Assembly: GCA_049325335.1 (NCBI GenBank)
Contig: JBMOMC010000045.1
Location: 1 to 49,931, forward strand
DNA length: 49,931 bases
Direction: 5' to 3'
From: Nitrospirota bacterium
Lineage (GTDB): Bacteria; Nitrospirota; Nitrospiria; 2-01-FULL-66-17
The translations under genes and the position numbers were made by a program. Shown in pieces: positions 9,284 to 18,844 of the stretch (position 1 is the stretch's first letter; each line of letters starts with the position of its first letter). Under the pieces are notes generated by a model. That model saw nothing but the letters and a program-made list of their open reading frames with translations, did not search any database and was not told the origin of the DNA.

Positions 9284-9473
9284 TCGGCTTCCCGGTGTGA
9301 CTGGAGTCGGACTTTGACGATGAGCCGACATCGGGCGGCTCGTGCACGCCTTTTTTAAATCCACGAATCGCCTTCCCTAATCCGGCGCCGATCTCCGGAA
9401 GCCGATTGGCGCCGAAAATCAACAGCACCACCGCCAGAATCACGAGGAGTTCAGGCATACCAAGGCCAAACAT
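9276..9473 (-). CDS. tatA: Twin-arginine translocase subunit TatA/E
   Basis: [45 protein letters not shown]. Confidence 0.95.
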   Translation of the reverse strand: MFGLGMPELLVILAVVLLIFGANRLPEIGAGLGKAIRGFKKGVHEPPDVGSSSKSDSSHTGKPSA

Positions 9474-9497
9474 CGGTGACCTCCAAAATGCAAGTGG

Positions 9498-9527
9498 ATT
9501 ATAGGGTCCGCCTCAAAAATGTGTCAA
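9498..9527 (-). promoter_or_regulatory. Sigma-70 promoter of tatA-TPR genes
   Basis: TTGACA-18 nt-TATAAT on minus strand. Confidence 0.7.
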
Positions 9528-9545
9528 GAAACCCGCCGCGTCCGG

Positions 9546-10958
9546 TTACGACTCAGTACGCGGCGGCCCTCCAAGCGGTTTCGATACTCGCGGAGCATGG
9601 GGAGCCGTTGTATCGGGTCGGTGAGCGGTTTCGAGGTCTTCGAAGCGGGTATACCGATCGAGGAAGGCCAACTGAACATCGCCGATCGGACCGTTGCGTT
9701 GCTTGCGGACCAGGATCTCGGCGACCCCCCGGTTCTCTTCGGTTTGGCGGTACACTTCTTCGCGAAAGACGAACATCACGACATCGGCATCTTGTTCGAT
9801 GGCACCGGACTCGCGCAGATCCGCCAATTGCGGCTTCTTATCGCCGCCGCGCGTCTCCACCGCGCGTGACAACTGCGAGAGCGCGATCACCGGCACGTTG
9901 AGTTCTTTGGCCAGGGCCTTGAGCGAACGGGAGATATCGGAAATCTCCTGTTCGCGGTTGTTCGCGTCGCCGCGCCCCCGCATCAGTTGCAGGTAGTCGA
10001 CGATCACCAGTCCGAGCTCACGCTCCGCCATCAACCGCCTGGCTTTGGCGCGCATTTCCAGCACCGTCATCGCCGGCGTATCGTCGATGAAAATCTGCGC
10101 TTCGGCCAACCGCCCGGCGGCGGCGGTGAGCAGCGGCCAGTCGGCCCGGCCCAAAAAGCCGGAACGCAGTTTGTGCGAGTCCACGCGAGCCTCCGAACAC
10201 AACATACGCAAGACCAACTGTTCCTTGGACATTTCCAGACTGAACACCGCGACGGTGTGGCGCTTCTGGATTGCCGCGTGTTGGGCCATGGACAATGCCA
10301 GCGCGGTCTTCCCCATCGACGGGCGCCCGGCCAAGATAATGAGATCGGACGGCTGAAGCCCCGCGGTCATTTCGTCCAGATCTTTAAAGCCCGTGGGCAC
10401 GCCGGTCACGCGTTCTTTTTTTTCATAGAGCCGCTCGATCATCTCGAACGCGCCCTTGACGATGTGTTTGACCGGGACGAACGACTGGCGCATCCGGCGC
10501 TCCGCCAACTCGAAAATCTTGCGCTCGGCCTGATCGATCAAGTCATCGACCTTTTCCGTATCCTGGTACCCGGACGCGACGATGTCGGTGGCGACCGCGA
10601 TGAGGTTCCGCAGCAACGCCTTCTCCTGCACGATCTTGGCGTGGTGCCGAACGTTGGCCGCGGTGGGAACCTGCGCCACCAATCGCGAAAGGTACGCCGC
10701 GCCCCCGACCTGGTCCAGCTCATTGCGTCGCCGCAATCGTTCGCAGACCGTGATCTGGTCAATCGCCTCGTTCGTCTCGGACAGGTCGACCATGGCCTGG
10801 AAGATCTTGCGATGCGCCTCGCGATACCACGCCGTAGGCGAAAGAACCTCCAGAACCTTATTCATCGCCTGATTGTCGAGGAGAATGGCGCCGAGGACGA
10901 ACTCCTCGGCTTCAAGATGTTGGGGAGGAACCCGCTCGGCGACGGCGATCTGGTTCAT
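9546..10958 (-). CDS. dnaB: Replicative DNA helicase DnaB
   Basis: PPQHLEAEEFVLGAIL, AGRPSMGKT, VDYLQLM, LSQLSR, DLRESGAIEQDADV, KQRNGP; start MNQIAV; no intein. Confidence 0.97.
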   Translation of the reverse strand: MNQIAVAERVPPQHLEAEEFVLGAILLDNQAMNKVLEVLSPTAWYREAHRKIFQAMVDLSETNEAIDQITVCERLRRRNELDQVGGAAYLSRLVAQVPTAANVRHHAKIVQEKALLRNLIAVATDIVASGYQDTEKVDDLIDQAERKIFELAERRMRQSFVPVKHIVKGAFEMIERLYEKKERVTGVPTGFKDLDEMTAGLQPSDLIILAGRPSMGKTALALSMAQHAAIQKRHTVAVFSLEMSKEQLVLRMLCSEARVDSHKLRSGFLGRADWPLLTAAAGRLAEAQIFIDDTPAMTVLEMRAKARRLMAERELGLVIVDYLQLMRGRGDANNREQEISDISRSLKALAKELNVPVIALSQLSRAVETRGGDKKPQLADLRESGAIEQDADVVMFVFREEVYRQTEENRGVAEILVRKQRNGPIGDVQLAFLDRYTRFEDLETAHRPDTTAPHAPRVSKPLGGPPRTES

Positions 10959-10984
10959 CACGCGCGACTGTCCGCTGTCGGCCG

Positions 10985-12280
10985 TCAACTGCGGCGCCGA
11001 CCGCGCGCTCCGACCAACGCCGCCGCGCACGCATCGAGACCGACGCGTTTGTTCCGCGCGGTGGTCGTGGAGGTCATGGTCACGCGGCCCCGAGACGGCT
11101 CCGGAGCCAGCAGCCAGGGCACTCCGCTGCGTTTGGCGTACGCCAACGGTTCCCCGTCGGCCGCGGTCCACAAGGCAATGCGGAGCCCCATCCGCCGGAG
11201 ACGCCCGGCTAAGCGGAGCGCATCCCGGCCGCCGTTGACCGCCACCACCAACGCATCGAGCGACCCGGCCGCGTGGTGATCCGCGGTGCGTCCTAAACTT
11301 TGTTGGAGCCGCTCCAGGTGAATGGCGAACCCCGTCGACGGCGTCTGAGTCCCGAAGCGGCCGATGAGGTCATCGTACCGTCCGCCGCGCCCGATCTCGT
11401 ATCCCACGCCGTCGGCAAACAGATCAAAGATCAAACCGGAATAATACTCGCGCCCGCGAACCTCCGCCAAATCAAAGACCAAGGCGTCAGCGATGCCGTA
11501 CTCGCGCGCTTGGCGGGCGACGTCCCGCAGCGACGCGACGGCCTCCCGCGCCGGCGGGTTGTCCACCACCGCGGCCGCGCGATCGAAGACGTCCGCGGAC
11601 CCCACCAGATCCAGCAAACCGGCCAAGCGGATCGCAGCCGCCCGGGAACGGCCGCCGGCCGTTAATAACGCGATCACTCCGCTTCGGTCTTTCTTGGCGA
11701 CCGCTTCTTCCAAATCGTGCGCCCGATCGGGCGGGAGATCGGCCTCGGCGAGCCATCCCAGGAAAAATCCCACGTGTCCGACCGCCGCGGTCGCGCCCTT
11801 GACCCCGAACCGGCCCAGCAGATCCACCGCCACCGCAAGCACCTCGGCATCCGCCGACGGATCCGAGGGGCCGATCAATTCCGCGCCGATCTGAAAAATC
11901 TCCCGCTCGTGTCCCGCGTGTTCGTCTTCATAACGAAACACGTTGGCGCCGTAACACAGGCGGAGCGGCTTGGGCGCGTCGCGCAGCACGGTGGCCGCCA
12001 TCCGCGCGATCTGCGGGGTCACGTCCGGACGCAGTACCATCAGGCGACCGGTGCTGCGGTCGGCGACGGTGTACGTTTTCTCGGCAAGGCCGGGACCCAG
12101 TCCGGGCGTGATAACGTCGAGGTATTCAAACAGCGGGGTAATGATCTCCTCGTACCCCCAGCTCCGAAACAGGTCGAACGCGGTGCGTTCCAACCGTCGG
12201 CGCACGGCGGCGTCGGCCGGCAACAACGTGGCCATGCCTTTCGGCAATAACGCGCGGTCCGTGGGTTTCGTGCGTGTCAT
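10985..12280 (-). CDS. hisZ: ATP phosphoribosyltransferase regulatory subunit HisZ
   Basis: HisRS-like: LRPDVTPQIAR, REIFQIGAELIG, YYSGLIF, GGRYDDLIGRFG; follows serA. Confidence 0.88.
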   Translation of the reverse strand: MTRTKPTDRALLPKGMATLLPADAAVRRRLERTAFDLFRSWGYEEIITPLFEYLDVITPGLGPGLAEKTYTVADRSTGRLMVLRPDVTPQIARMAATVLRDAPKPLRLCYGANVFRYEDEHAGHEREIFQIGAELIGPSDPSADAEVLAVAVDLLGRFGVKGATAAVGHVGFFLGWLAEADLPPDRAHDLEEAVAKKDRSGVIALLTAGGRSRAAAIRLAGLLDLVGSADVFDRAAAVVDNPPAREAVASLRDVARQAREYGIADALVFDLAEVRGREYYSGLIFDLFADGVGYEIGRGGRYDDLIGRFGTQTPSTGFAIHLERLQQSLGRTADHHAAGSLDALVVAVNGGRDALRLAGRLRRMGLRIALWTAADGEPLAYAKRSGVPWLLAPEPSRGRVTMTSTTTARNKRVGLDACAAALVGARGRRRS

Positions 12281-12352
12281 AAGGTGGTCATCGGTGGCGA
12301 TCTGGCTGCCAAGAAGGGGCAAATGCACAGCGGAGCAGGAAGCCTCTCCCCT

Positions 12353-12379
12353 GTAGGGGCGTATGCAATACGCCCCTAC
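12353..12379. repeat. GTAG-type REP-like palindrome
   Basis: GTAGGGGCGTATGCAATACGCCCCTAC, 12-bp arms, in the serA-hisZ intergenic region. Confidence 0.6.
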
Positions 12380-12443
12380 GACACCGTGAGAATACGGATT
12401 CGCAGCGACACCGCCGCAGATGGCCCCTTCGCGTCAGATCAGA

Positions 12444-14024
12444 TCACAACCGAATCTGCTTGGCGGACAAAATACCGGGCAGTTCGCGGAGTTCTTGCAA
12501 CGTGGCCGTGGAGACCGGAGAATCGATGCCGATCACGGAAATGGCGCGTCCTCCCGGTCGCTCGCGGGACAATTGCATCCGAGCGATATTGACCTGGTGG
12601 CGTCCGAGAAAGGTCCCGATGGTCCCAATCACACCGGGCTGGTCGCTATTCGACACCGCCAACATCGCCCCTTCCGGCACGACTTCGACGGAAAAGTCGT
12701 CGATGCTCACGATGCGTGGTTCCCGCCGATGGAACAACGTTCCGGCGATGCGAGATGTCCGGTCTCCCACCTGAAGCTCCACGACCACCAGGCTGGAAAA
12801 ATCTCCCGCGTCGCTGCGTTTAATTTCGTTCAACTCGATCCCGCGCTCCTTGGCAACGACCGGGGCGTTCACGTAATTGACGCTCGCTTCAAGAATCGGA
12901 TTGAGCAGCCCCTTGAGAATCGCCACCGCAATCGGAGCGGTGGGCAGGTTGGCGACGTCGCCGTGGTATTCTACGCTCACCCGGCGAATGCCCCCGTCAA
13001 GCCGCTGCGCCTCGAACGCGCCGAGCTTCTCGCCGAGGGCCAAGTACGGTTGAATCTGCGGCAGAAGGTCCGACGGTACCGAGGGGATATTCGCGGCGTT
13101 ACGCACAATGCCTTTGACCAGGAGATCGACAATCTGCTCGGCCACGGCCACCGCCACGTTCTCCTGCGCTTCGGTGGTTGAAGCGCCCAAGTGCGGCGTA
13201 CAAATAAAGTTATCCAGGGTCAGTAACGGATTGGCCGGATCAGCCGGTTCTTTCTCAAAGACATCCAGCGCCGCGCCGCCCACCTTCTTACTCGAGAGCG
13301 CCTGATAGAGATCCGCCTCGTTGACGATTCCACCGCGCGCACAGTTCACGATCCGTACGCCGTCTTTCATCGTCGCGATAGTCTCGGTACGGATCAGATT
13401 CTTCGTCTCCGGCGTCAACGGGGAATGGATCGTAATAAAGTCCGCGCGCCGGAACACCTGATCCAACGTGGCGTGTTCAACGCCCATCTGTCGGGCGCGT
13501 TCTTCTGACAGATACGGGTCGTACGCCAACACCTTCATCATCAGACCTTGGCCGAGTTTGGCCACGTGGCTGCCGATCTGGCCGAGACCGATCACCCCGA
13601 GCGTTTTCTGATACAGCTCGACCCCCATGAACTTGGACTTTTCCCACTTACCGCCCTTGGTGGACGCCGTGGCTTGTGGGATTTGCCGGGCCAACGCGCA
13701 AAGCATGGCGATGGCGTGTTCAGCGGTGGTGACGGTATTCCCGCCCGGCGTGTTCATCACCACCACGCCGCGTTTGGTGGCCGCGTCGAGATCCACGTTG
13801 TCGAGCCCGGATCCCGCGCGCCCCACGACTTTGAGCTTCACGCCCGCGTCGAGGACCTTGGCCGTGACTTTCGTGGCGCTGCGAACCACGAGGCCCTCGT
13901 AGTGCTTGATCTCGTCCAGTAACTGCTCGGGCGTCAACTTGGTTTTGACGTCGACGTCGAGGCCGGCTTGTTTGAGGATCTCCACCCCTTGGGTGGACAG
14001 GCTATCACTGACGAGCACGCGCAT
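12444..14024 (-). CDS. serA: D-3-phosphoglycerate dehydrogenase
   Basis: GRAGSGLDNVD, GLGQIG, NCARGGIV, TPHLGAST; C-terminal ACT domain DQPGVIG. Confidence 0.96.
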   Translation of the reverse strand: MRVLVSDSLSTQGVEILKQAGLDVDVKTKLTPEQLLDEIKHYEGLVVRSATKVTAKVLDAGVKLKVVGRAGSGLDNVDLDAATKRGVVVMNTPGGNTVTTAEHAIAMLCALARQIPQATASTKGGKWEKSKFMGVELYQKTLGVIGLGQIGSHVAKLGQGLMMKVLAYDPYLSEERARQMGVEHATLDQVFRRADFITIHSPLTPETKNLIRTETIATMKDGVRIVNCARGGIVNEADLYQALSSKKVGGAALDVFEKEPADPANPLLTLDNFICTPHLGASTTEAQENVAVAVAEQIVDLLVKGIVRNAANIPSVPSDLLPQIQPYLALGEKLGAFEAQRLDGGIRRVSVEYHGDVANLPTAPIAVAILKGLLNPILEASVNYVNAPVVAKERGIELNEIKRSDAGDFSSLVVVELQVGDRTSRIAGTLFHRREPRIVSIDDFSVEVVPEGAMLAVSNSDQPGVIGTIGTFLGRHQVNIARMQLSRERPGGRAISVIGIDSPVSTATLQELRELPGILSAKQIRL

Positions 14025-14045
14025 AGTGTCTGACTGGGTGAGACC

Positions 14046-15182
14046 TTATTGAACCAAAATCCCTTGGGCAACCCCGACGCCCTTGCCGAGCGTCACCGAG
14101 TGCCCCATCCCCTTCAACACCATCTCCACGGCCGCGACCGCGGTGATCACGTCGAAGGTGTCTGCGTACCCCATGTGGGAAATTCGGAAAATCTTCCCCT
14201 TGAGGTGATCCTGCCCGCCCGCAGTGGTGATTCCGTATTTATCCCGCAACGTCTTGTACACGGCTTCGGCGTCAACGCCTTGGGGCGCGTTCACCGCGGT
14301 GAGCGCATCGCTCGGCGAGCCTTTGGCGAACAGTTCCAGCCCGATCGCCTTCATCGCCTCGCGCGTGGCGCGCGCCAACCGGCCGTGCCGGGAGAAAATG
14401 CCGTCAAGTCCTTCGGGCTTGAGCAGTTCAAACGCCTTCTGCAAGCCGATGATCAACGAAATCGCCGGCGTATAGGCAGTGGTGTTTTTCCGGATGTTGT
14501 CGCGCTCACGCTTCAAATTGAAATAGAACTTCGGCAACGCGGCCTTCTCCGCCGACGCCCACGCCTTCTCGCTCAGCGACACGAACGCCAACCCCGGCGG
14601 CAACATCAGGGCCTTTTGCGACCCGGTCACCACGATGTCCAGGCCCCACTCGTCGGTCTTGAGATCGAACACTCCCATCGCGGACACCGCGTCGACCACG
14701 AGCAGCGTGTTCGGGAAGTTCTTCACGATCGCACCGAGCGCCTTGACGTCGTGGGCCACGCCGGTCGAACTTTCGCTGGCTTGAACGAAGACGGCTTTCG
14801 CGGGATCCTTTTTGAGGCGCTGTTCGATTGCGGCGGGATCGACCGCCGTCCCCCACTCGACCTTCACTTCATCGACCGCCAAACCGTACGCCTGGCACAT
14901 TTTCACCCAGCGCTCGCCGAACTTGCCGCCGTTGATCGCAATGACCTTATCCCCGGGCGACAACACGTTGGCGATGGCGCTCTCCATGCCGCCGGTTCCG
15001 CTCGAGGCCAGGATCATCACATCTTGTCGAGTTTGAAACAACCACTTCAAGTCTTCTTTCACAGACGCGACAATGGGCTCAAAATCTTTTGAGCGGTGAT
15101 GGACCATGGGTTGGGCCATGGCCAAAAGAATTTCTGGGGGAACCGCGGTGGGTCCAGGCGCAAGCAGGTATTTCTTTTTCAT
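14046..15182 (-). CDS. Class V PLP aminotransferase (serine-pyruvate/alanine-glyoxylate family; likely phosphoserine aminotransferase substitute)
   Basis: LLAPGPT, SSGTGGME, VDAVS, TGSQKALMLPPGL, FRISHMG; directly upstream of serA. Confidence 0.9.
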   Translation of the reverse strand: MKKKYLLAPGPTAVPPEILLAMAQPMVHHRSKDFEPIVASVKEDLKWLFQTRQDVMILASSGTGGMESAIANVLSPGDKVIAINGGKFGERWVKMCQAYGLAVDEVKVEWGTAVDPAAIEQRLKKDPAKAVFVQASESSTGVAHDVKALGAIVKNFPNTLLVVDAVSAMGVFDLKTDEWGLDIVVTGSQKALMLPPGLAFVSLSEKAWASAEKAALPKFYFNLKRERDNIRKNTTAYTPAISLIIGLQKAFELLKPEGLDGIFSRHGRLARATREAMKAIGLELFAKGSPSDALTAVNAPQGVDAEAVYKTLRDKYGITTAGGQDHLKGKIFRISHMGYADTFDVITAVAAVEMVLKGMGHSVTLGKGVGVAQGILVQ

Positions 15183-15263
15183 AGTGTTACAACTCCGAAA
15201 TCAGCGAGGGCCACACCCTAGCATTAGCATTCCATACGAGTCAAGAAACCGCGTCACGCCTTG

Positions 15264-16259
15264 TCACGCCTTGCGTTTGGCCGGGGCAGTCTTGGACGAA
15301 GGGGATGGCGTCGTCGCTTCGACCGGCGGGGCAACGGGCTGGCGTCGCGGCGGCAAATAGGCCATGGGAATCTTCTCGACCTTGGGGTCCCGAAGGCTCA
15401 TCACCCAAGCCGTCAACATCCACGTCTGCTCCTCGGTCAGTTTATGAATAGCCACGAAGTTGGGCATGATGGTTCGCCCGACCCACTCTTCCTGCCCGCT
15501 TTCCTTGTTGATCTGCTTCTTGCCCGGCGTAATCTTCTGCGGGTCCAGGAAGTGCTCGAACTCCCATTGCGCCTTGGTATGAGTGGGCGACTGTAAATGT
15601 TGGAAGTCGTGCACAAGATAAAACGACAGTTCGGTCCGGCTCCCGAGCCCTGAAATCTCGGGCGCCGCCGTGGCCGTCCAGCCGTACTGTTTGACCGCAT
15701 GGCACGCGCCGCACTTCATGAACGCGGTCTGGGTCACAAACTGCTTGCCCCACATCACGGCCGGCGCCTCCGGGTAATCCACGCCCGGCTCATGCATATC
15801 GATATGACACCGCGCACACGCCGACTGCACCATCACACCGGTCGCCAACTGACGGTCGAGATGATGGACGATCCCATGCGTGCGCTCCACCACCGTAGCT
15901 TGGCCGTCGCCGTCATGACAGACGGTGCAGCCGAACTTTTCGAACTTGTGGACGTTCATATATGTATCGAGAAACGGGTGTGACTTAAACGGTTGGGGCT
16001 GGTCCGCGAACGCCGGGTTAGCGATCCCCATGTGACAATTCTGGCACCGATCGATCCGGTTTAAGTCCGGTAACCACGTCTGCACCAGTTTGGTCGGCGT
16101 GGCGGCCAACTTGGGATCGCCCATTTTCTGAGACAGGATCTTGTAGTACTCGCGTTGATAGGGCTCCCACTCGGGGTTCTCCTGCTTGTACACGACAAAG
16201 CCGAGCAGCCCGAGCAACGTGAGGCTCAATACACCGAATAAAATGTTTTTTCCCAGCAT
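15264..16259 (-). CDS. Membrane-anchored tetraheme cytochrome c of the Rieske/cytochrome b complex
   Basis: N-terminal TM helix; four CxxCH motifs (CQNCH, CTVCH, CARCH, CGACH); distal MPNF. Confidence 0.9.
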   Translation of the reverse strand: MLGKNILFGVLSLTLLGLLGFVVYKQENPEWEPYQREYYKILSQKMGDPKLAATPTKLVQTWLPDLNRIDRCQNCHMGIANPAFADQPQPFKSHPFLDTYMNVHKFEKFGCTVCHDGDGQATVVERTHGIVHHLDRQLATGVMVQSACARCHIDMHEPGVDYPEAPAVMWGKQFVTQTAFMKCGACHAVKQYGWTATAAPEISGLGSRTELSFYLVHDFQHLQSPTHTKAQWEFEHFLDPQKITPGKKQINKESGQEEWVGRTIMPNFVAIHKLTEEQTWMLTAWVMSLRDPKVEKIPMAYLPPRRQPVAPPVEATTPSPSSKTAPAKRKA

Positions 16260-16297
16260 CGATGCGCGACTCCGGATAAGGGAGAGGAAGCGTGTCG

Positions 16298-16408
16298 TTA
16301 CTTTTTAAACGACCGTTCCAGCCACATGGCAATCCCGACGAACAACAACGTGATGAGCGCCGTACCCACAACGATAAAGGCGCCGATCTCTAAATTTTCC
16401 CTACTCAT
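16298..16408 (-). CDS. 36-aa single-TM microprotein inside the Rieske/cyt b operon (below ORF-track cutoff)
   Basis: Manual translation MSRENLEIGAFIVVGTALITLLFVGIAMWLERSFKK*; AGAGG SD 7 nt upstream; fills the gap between subunit IV and cyt c. Confidence 0.75.
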   Translation of the reverse strand: MSRENLEIGAFIVVGTALITLLFVGIAMWLERSFKK

Positions 16409-16432
16409 CGTGTGGCCTCTTTCTGCCGCGCG

Positions 16433-17263
16433 TCAGATCTTGAACCACGGCGTGATCAACATGTACTTGATGTTGAACACCAAACGGATCATCACCTTGA
16501 ACGGGACCAACATCATGGTCATCATAAACAGCATCATCACGTTGTACCGAACAAAGCCGAGCGAGTCGTAAAATTTCCGATAGAACAGAAACGGGATCGT
16601 AAACCCGACGCCGTAAAAAATCCCGGTGAACACGTAGGTCAGCAGATTGGCGGTGGACTGCGCAATCCCAAATTTTTGCGAAAAGATGATTTCCAGGTCG
16701 ATCAACGCAACCGCCGAGGCTTCCTTATGCAGGCTCCAGTCGTCCCACGGCCAATACCACTGCCAATCCAAACCGCGGGTGTAGACCCCGATCACGATGA
16801 AGATGTACCAGAGCGCGAGACCGAACGAGAACGTCCACACCGCGAATTTACGATCCCGGTAGTTGTACTGCCCGATGCCCTTCGGATTAATATCAATATA
16901 CGGGATCACCATCAGGCCCACGATGATCAGGCCCGGCAACACCACGCCGGCCAGCCAGGGGTCGAAAAAGACCAGCAACTCCTGGAGCCCGAGGAAATAC
17001 CAGGGCGCTTTCATCGGGTTCGGCGTGGTGTCCGCACTCGCCGACTCTTCCAACGGCGCGCCAGAGATCAGCCCCAGCACGATCATTACGATCGTCGCCG
17101 CCAGCATCGCCAAGAACTCGATGTACACGAGGTGGGGCCAGGTGAAGACGACTTCCTCCGGAGGCTTCGTCGCCCCGGGCGCCGTCCCCTTCACGAGTTC
17201 GGACAAACCATAGGGCTTTTTCGGGCCCGCGGTTGAAACCGGCGTTTGTGCCTGATCAGCCAT
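16433..17263 (-). CDS. Cytochrome b6-type complex subunit IV (C-terminal half of cyt b)
   Basis: FTWPHL, APLEESA...TPNPMKAPWYFLGLQELL (PEWY equivalent), LMVIPYID. Confidence 0.9.
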   Translation of the reverse strand: MADQAQTPVSTAGPKKPYGLSELVKGTAPGATKPPEEVVFTWPHLVYIEFLAMLAATIVMIVLGLISGAPLEESASADTTPNPMKAPWYFLGLQELLVFFDPWLAGVVLPGLIIVGLMVIPYIDINPKGIGQYNYRDRKFAVWTFSFGLALWYIFIVIGVYTRGLDWQWYWPWDDWSLHKEASAVALIDLEIIFSQKFGIAQSTANLLTYVFTGIFYGVGFTIPFLFYRKFYDSLGFVRYNVMMLFMMTMMLVPFKVMIRLVFNIKYMLITPWFKI

Positions 17264-17334
17264 AATGACTCCTTACCTCCCGCCCCACATCGGAACCCGA
17301 TTCCGATGAACCAGTGCCACGCGCTCCAGAACGA

Positions 17335-18105
17335 TTACAGCGGACCCGAGAATCCGTCTTTACGGATACGCCAGAAGTGCACGGCCATAAACACCGCCGC
17401 GATCAAGGGCAACCCGACGCAGTGCAACACGTAGAACCGCAACAACGCGCTCTGTCCCACCACGGTGCCGCCGAGCAACATAAACCGAATATCATTGTCC
17501 GGCCGCATCCCCATTGCAAGCCCGAAGGGGCCCGCCACGCCGATCACCGGCGTGGCTTCGGCCATCTTGGCGCCGACCGTGATCGCCCACAGGGCCAACT
17601 GATCCCAGGGCAACAGGTACCCCGTCCATGACAAGATCAACGTCAGGACGAGCAGCAGGACGCCGACCACCCAGTTGAATTCTCGCGGCGGTTTATAGGC
17701 CCCGGTCAAGAACACGCGGGTCATGTGGAGCCAGACCAAAAACACCATGGCATGGGCCGCCCACCGGTGCATATCGCGCATGAGATTACCGAAATACACC
17801 ACGTACTGGAGGTCTTTAATATCGTTGTACGCCCGACGCGTGTCCGGCACATAGTAGAACATCAAAAACACGCCGGTGATAGTCAAAATGATGAACATAA
17901 AAAACGTGAGGCCTCCGAGGCACCACGTGTACCGAATCTTGAGCGCACCGCGTTTCACCTTGATGGGGTGCAGGTGCAAAATCACGTTGGTGAAGACCGC
18001 CAAGGCGCGATTGATGTCCGTGTCCGGATACCCGTGTCGGAACACCGACCGCCAGACCTGTGTATTCACGATTTGTTGCTGCAGCTTATCGAACCAACCC
18101 ATCAT
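17335..18105 (-). CDS. Cytochrome b6-type (N-terminal half of cyt b)
   Basis: [14 protein letters not shown]...[31 protein letters not shown]-x14-H; start 18105 or 18102. Confidence 0.95.
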   Translation of the reverse strand: MMGWFDKLQQQIVNTQVWRSVFRHGYPDTDINRALAVFTNVILHLHPIKVKRGALKIRYTWCLGGLTFFMFIILTITGVFLMFYYVPDTRRAYNDIKDLQYVVYFGNLMRDMHRWAAHAMVFLVWLHMTRVFLTGAYKPPREFNWVVGVLLLVLTLILSWTGYLLPWDQLALWAITVGAKMAEATPVIGVAGPFGLAMGMRPDNDIRFMLLGGTVVGQSALLRFYVLHCVGLPLIAAVFMAVHFWRIRKDGFSGPL

Positions 18106-18195
18106 GCATCCCCCCTCACCAAGCGTGCTGAGCGCCCCGCCGTCCCGGCGTGTCCGGGCCGAGTCGCGAGTTGTTTAGGGCTTGACCTCGATTCC

Positions 18196-18765
18196 CTACA
18201 CGGTGACGAAAAACGGTACGACCTCACGGCCTTCCTCCGGAACCGTCAGCCCATCCACCGTGGACTGCGGATCCGGATCCTGACGCTGGATAAAGTTGAC
18301 CACCACCTGACCGTCAACCGGGTCCAGGCTCACGGCCGCGCGCCACAACGTGCGCGGAGCGGGGCCGCCGCGGACATTGCCGTAAATATCATAGATGCTG
18401 CCGTGACACGGACACCGAAAACGCGCCTGATCCTGAAACCAGTTGGGCGTGCACCCCAAGTGTCGGCAAATCGCCACCAGCACGTACAAGCCCTTCTCGT
18501 TGCGCACCACCCAAATCTGTCGTTCCTTCTTGAGCGTATCCGTCACGCCCATCCCAAAATCCATGGGTTTTCCGATCTTGAACACGGTCGGCGGTTCGTA
18601 TAACACCTCGGGGAACATGAACCGGAACGAGCCGAAGGCGGATCCGCCCACCGACGCGAGAAACCCGCCCCATCCCACCAACGCGAAGAAGCGCCGGCGA
18701 GACATGTCCTGTTCCTTCACCTTCTGCTGCGCAACCTGATCGGCGGTCATCGCTGGATTACTCAT
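18196..18765 (-). CDS. Rieske 2Fe-2S subunit
   Basis: Tat motif SRRRFF plus TM helix; CRHLGC and CPCHGSIY boxes. Confidence 0.95.
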   Translation of the reverse strand: MSNPAMTADQVAQQKVKEQDMSRRRFFALVGWGGFLASVGGSAFGSFRFMFPEVLYEPPTVFKIGKPMDFGMGVTDTLKKERQIWVVRNEKGLYVLVAICRHLGCTPNWFQDQARFRCPCHGSIYDIYGNVRGGPAPRTLWRAAVSLDPVDGQVVVNFIQRQDPDPQSTVDGLTVPEEGREVVPFFVTV

Positions 18766-18844
18766 GGGTTCGCCCTCTCGTACTGTGCCTTACCATATTC
18801 GGACCCGTGCTGCACGCACATCGGCAACACTCGCGCCAAGTCGC

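Noticed and set aside
9546..10958. Intein in DnaB
   Set aside because: Length is normal (470 aa) and the helicase motifs are contiguous
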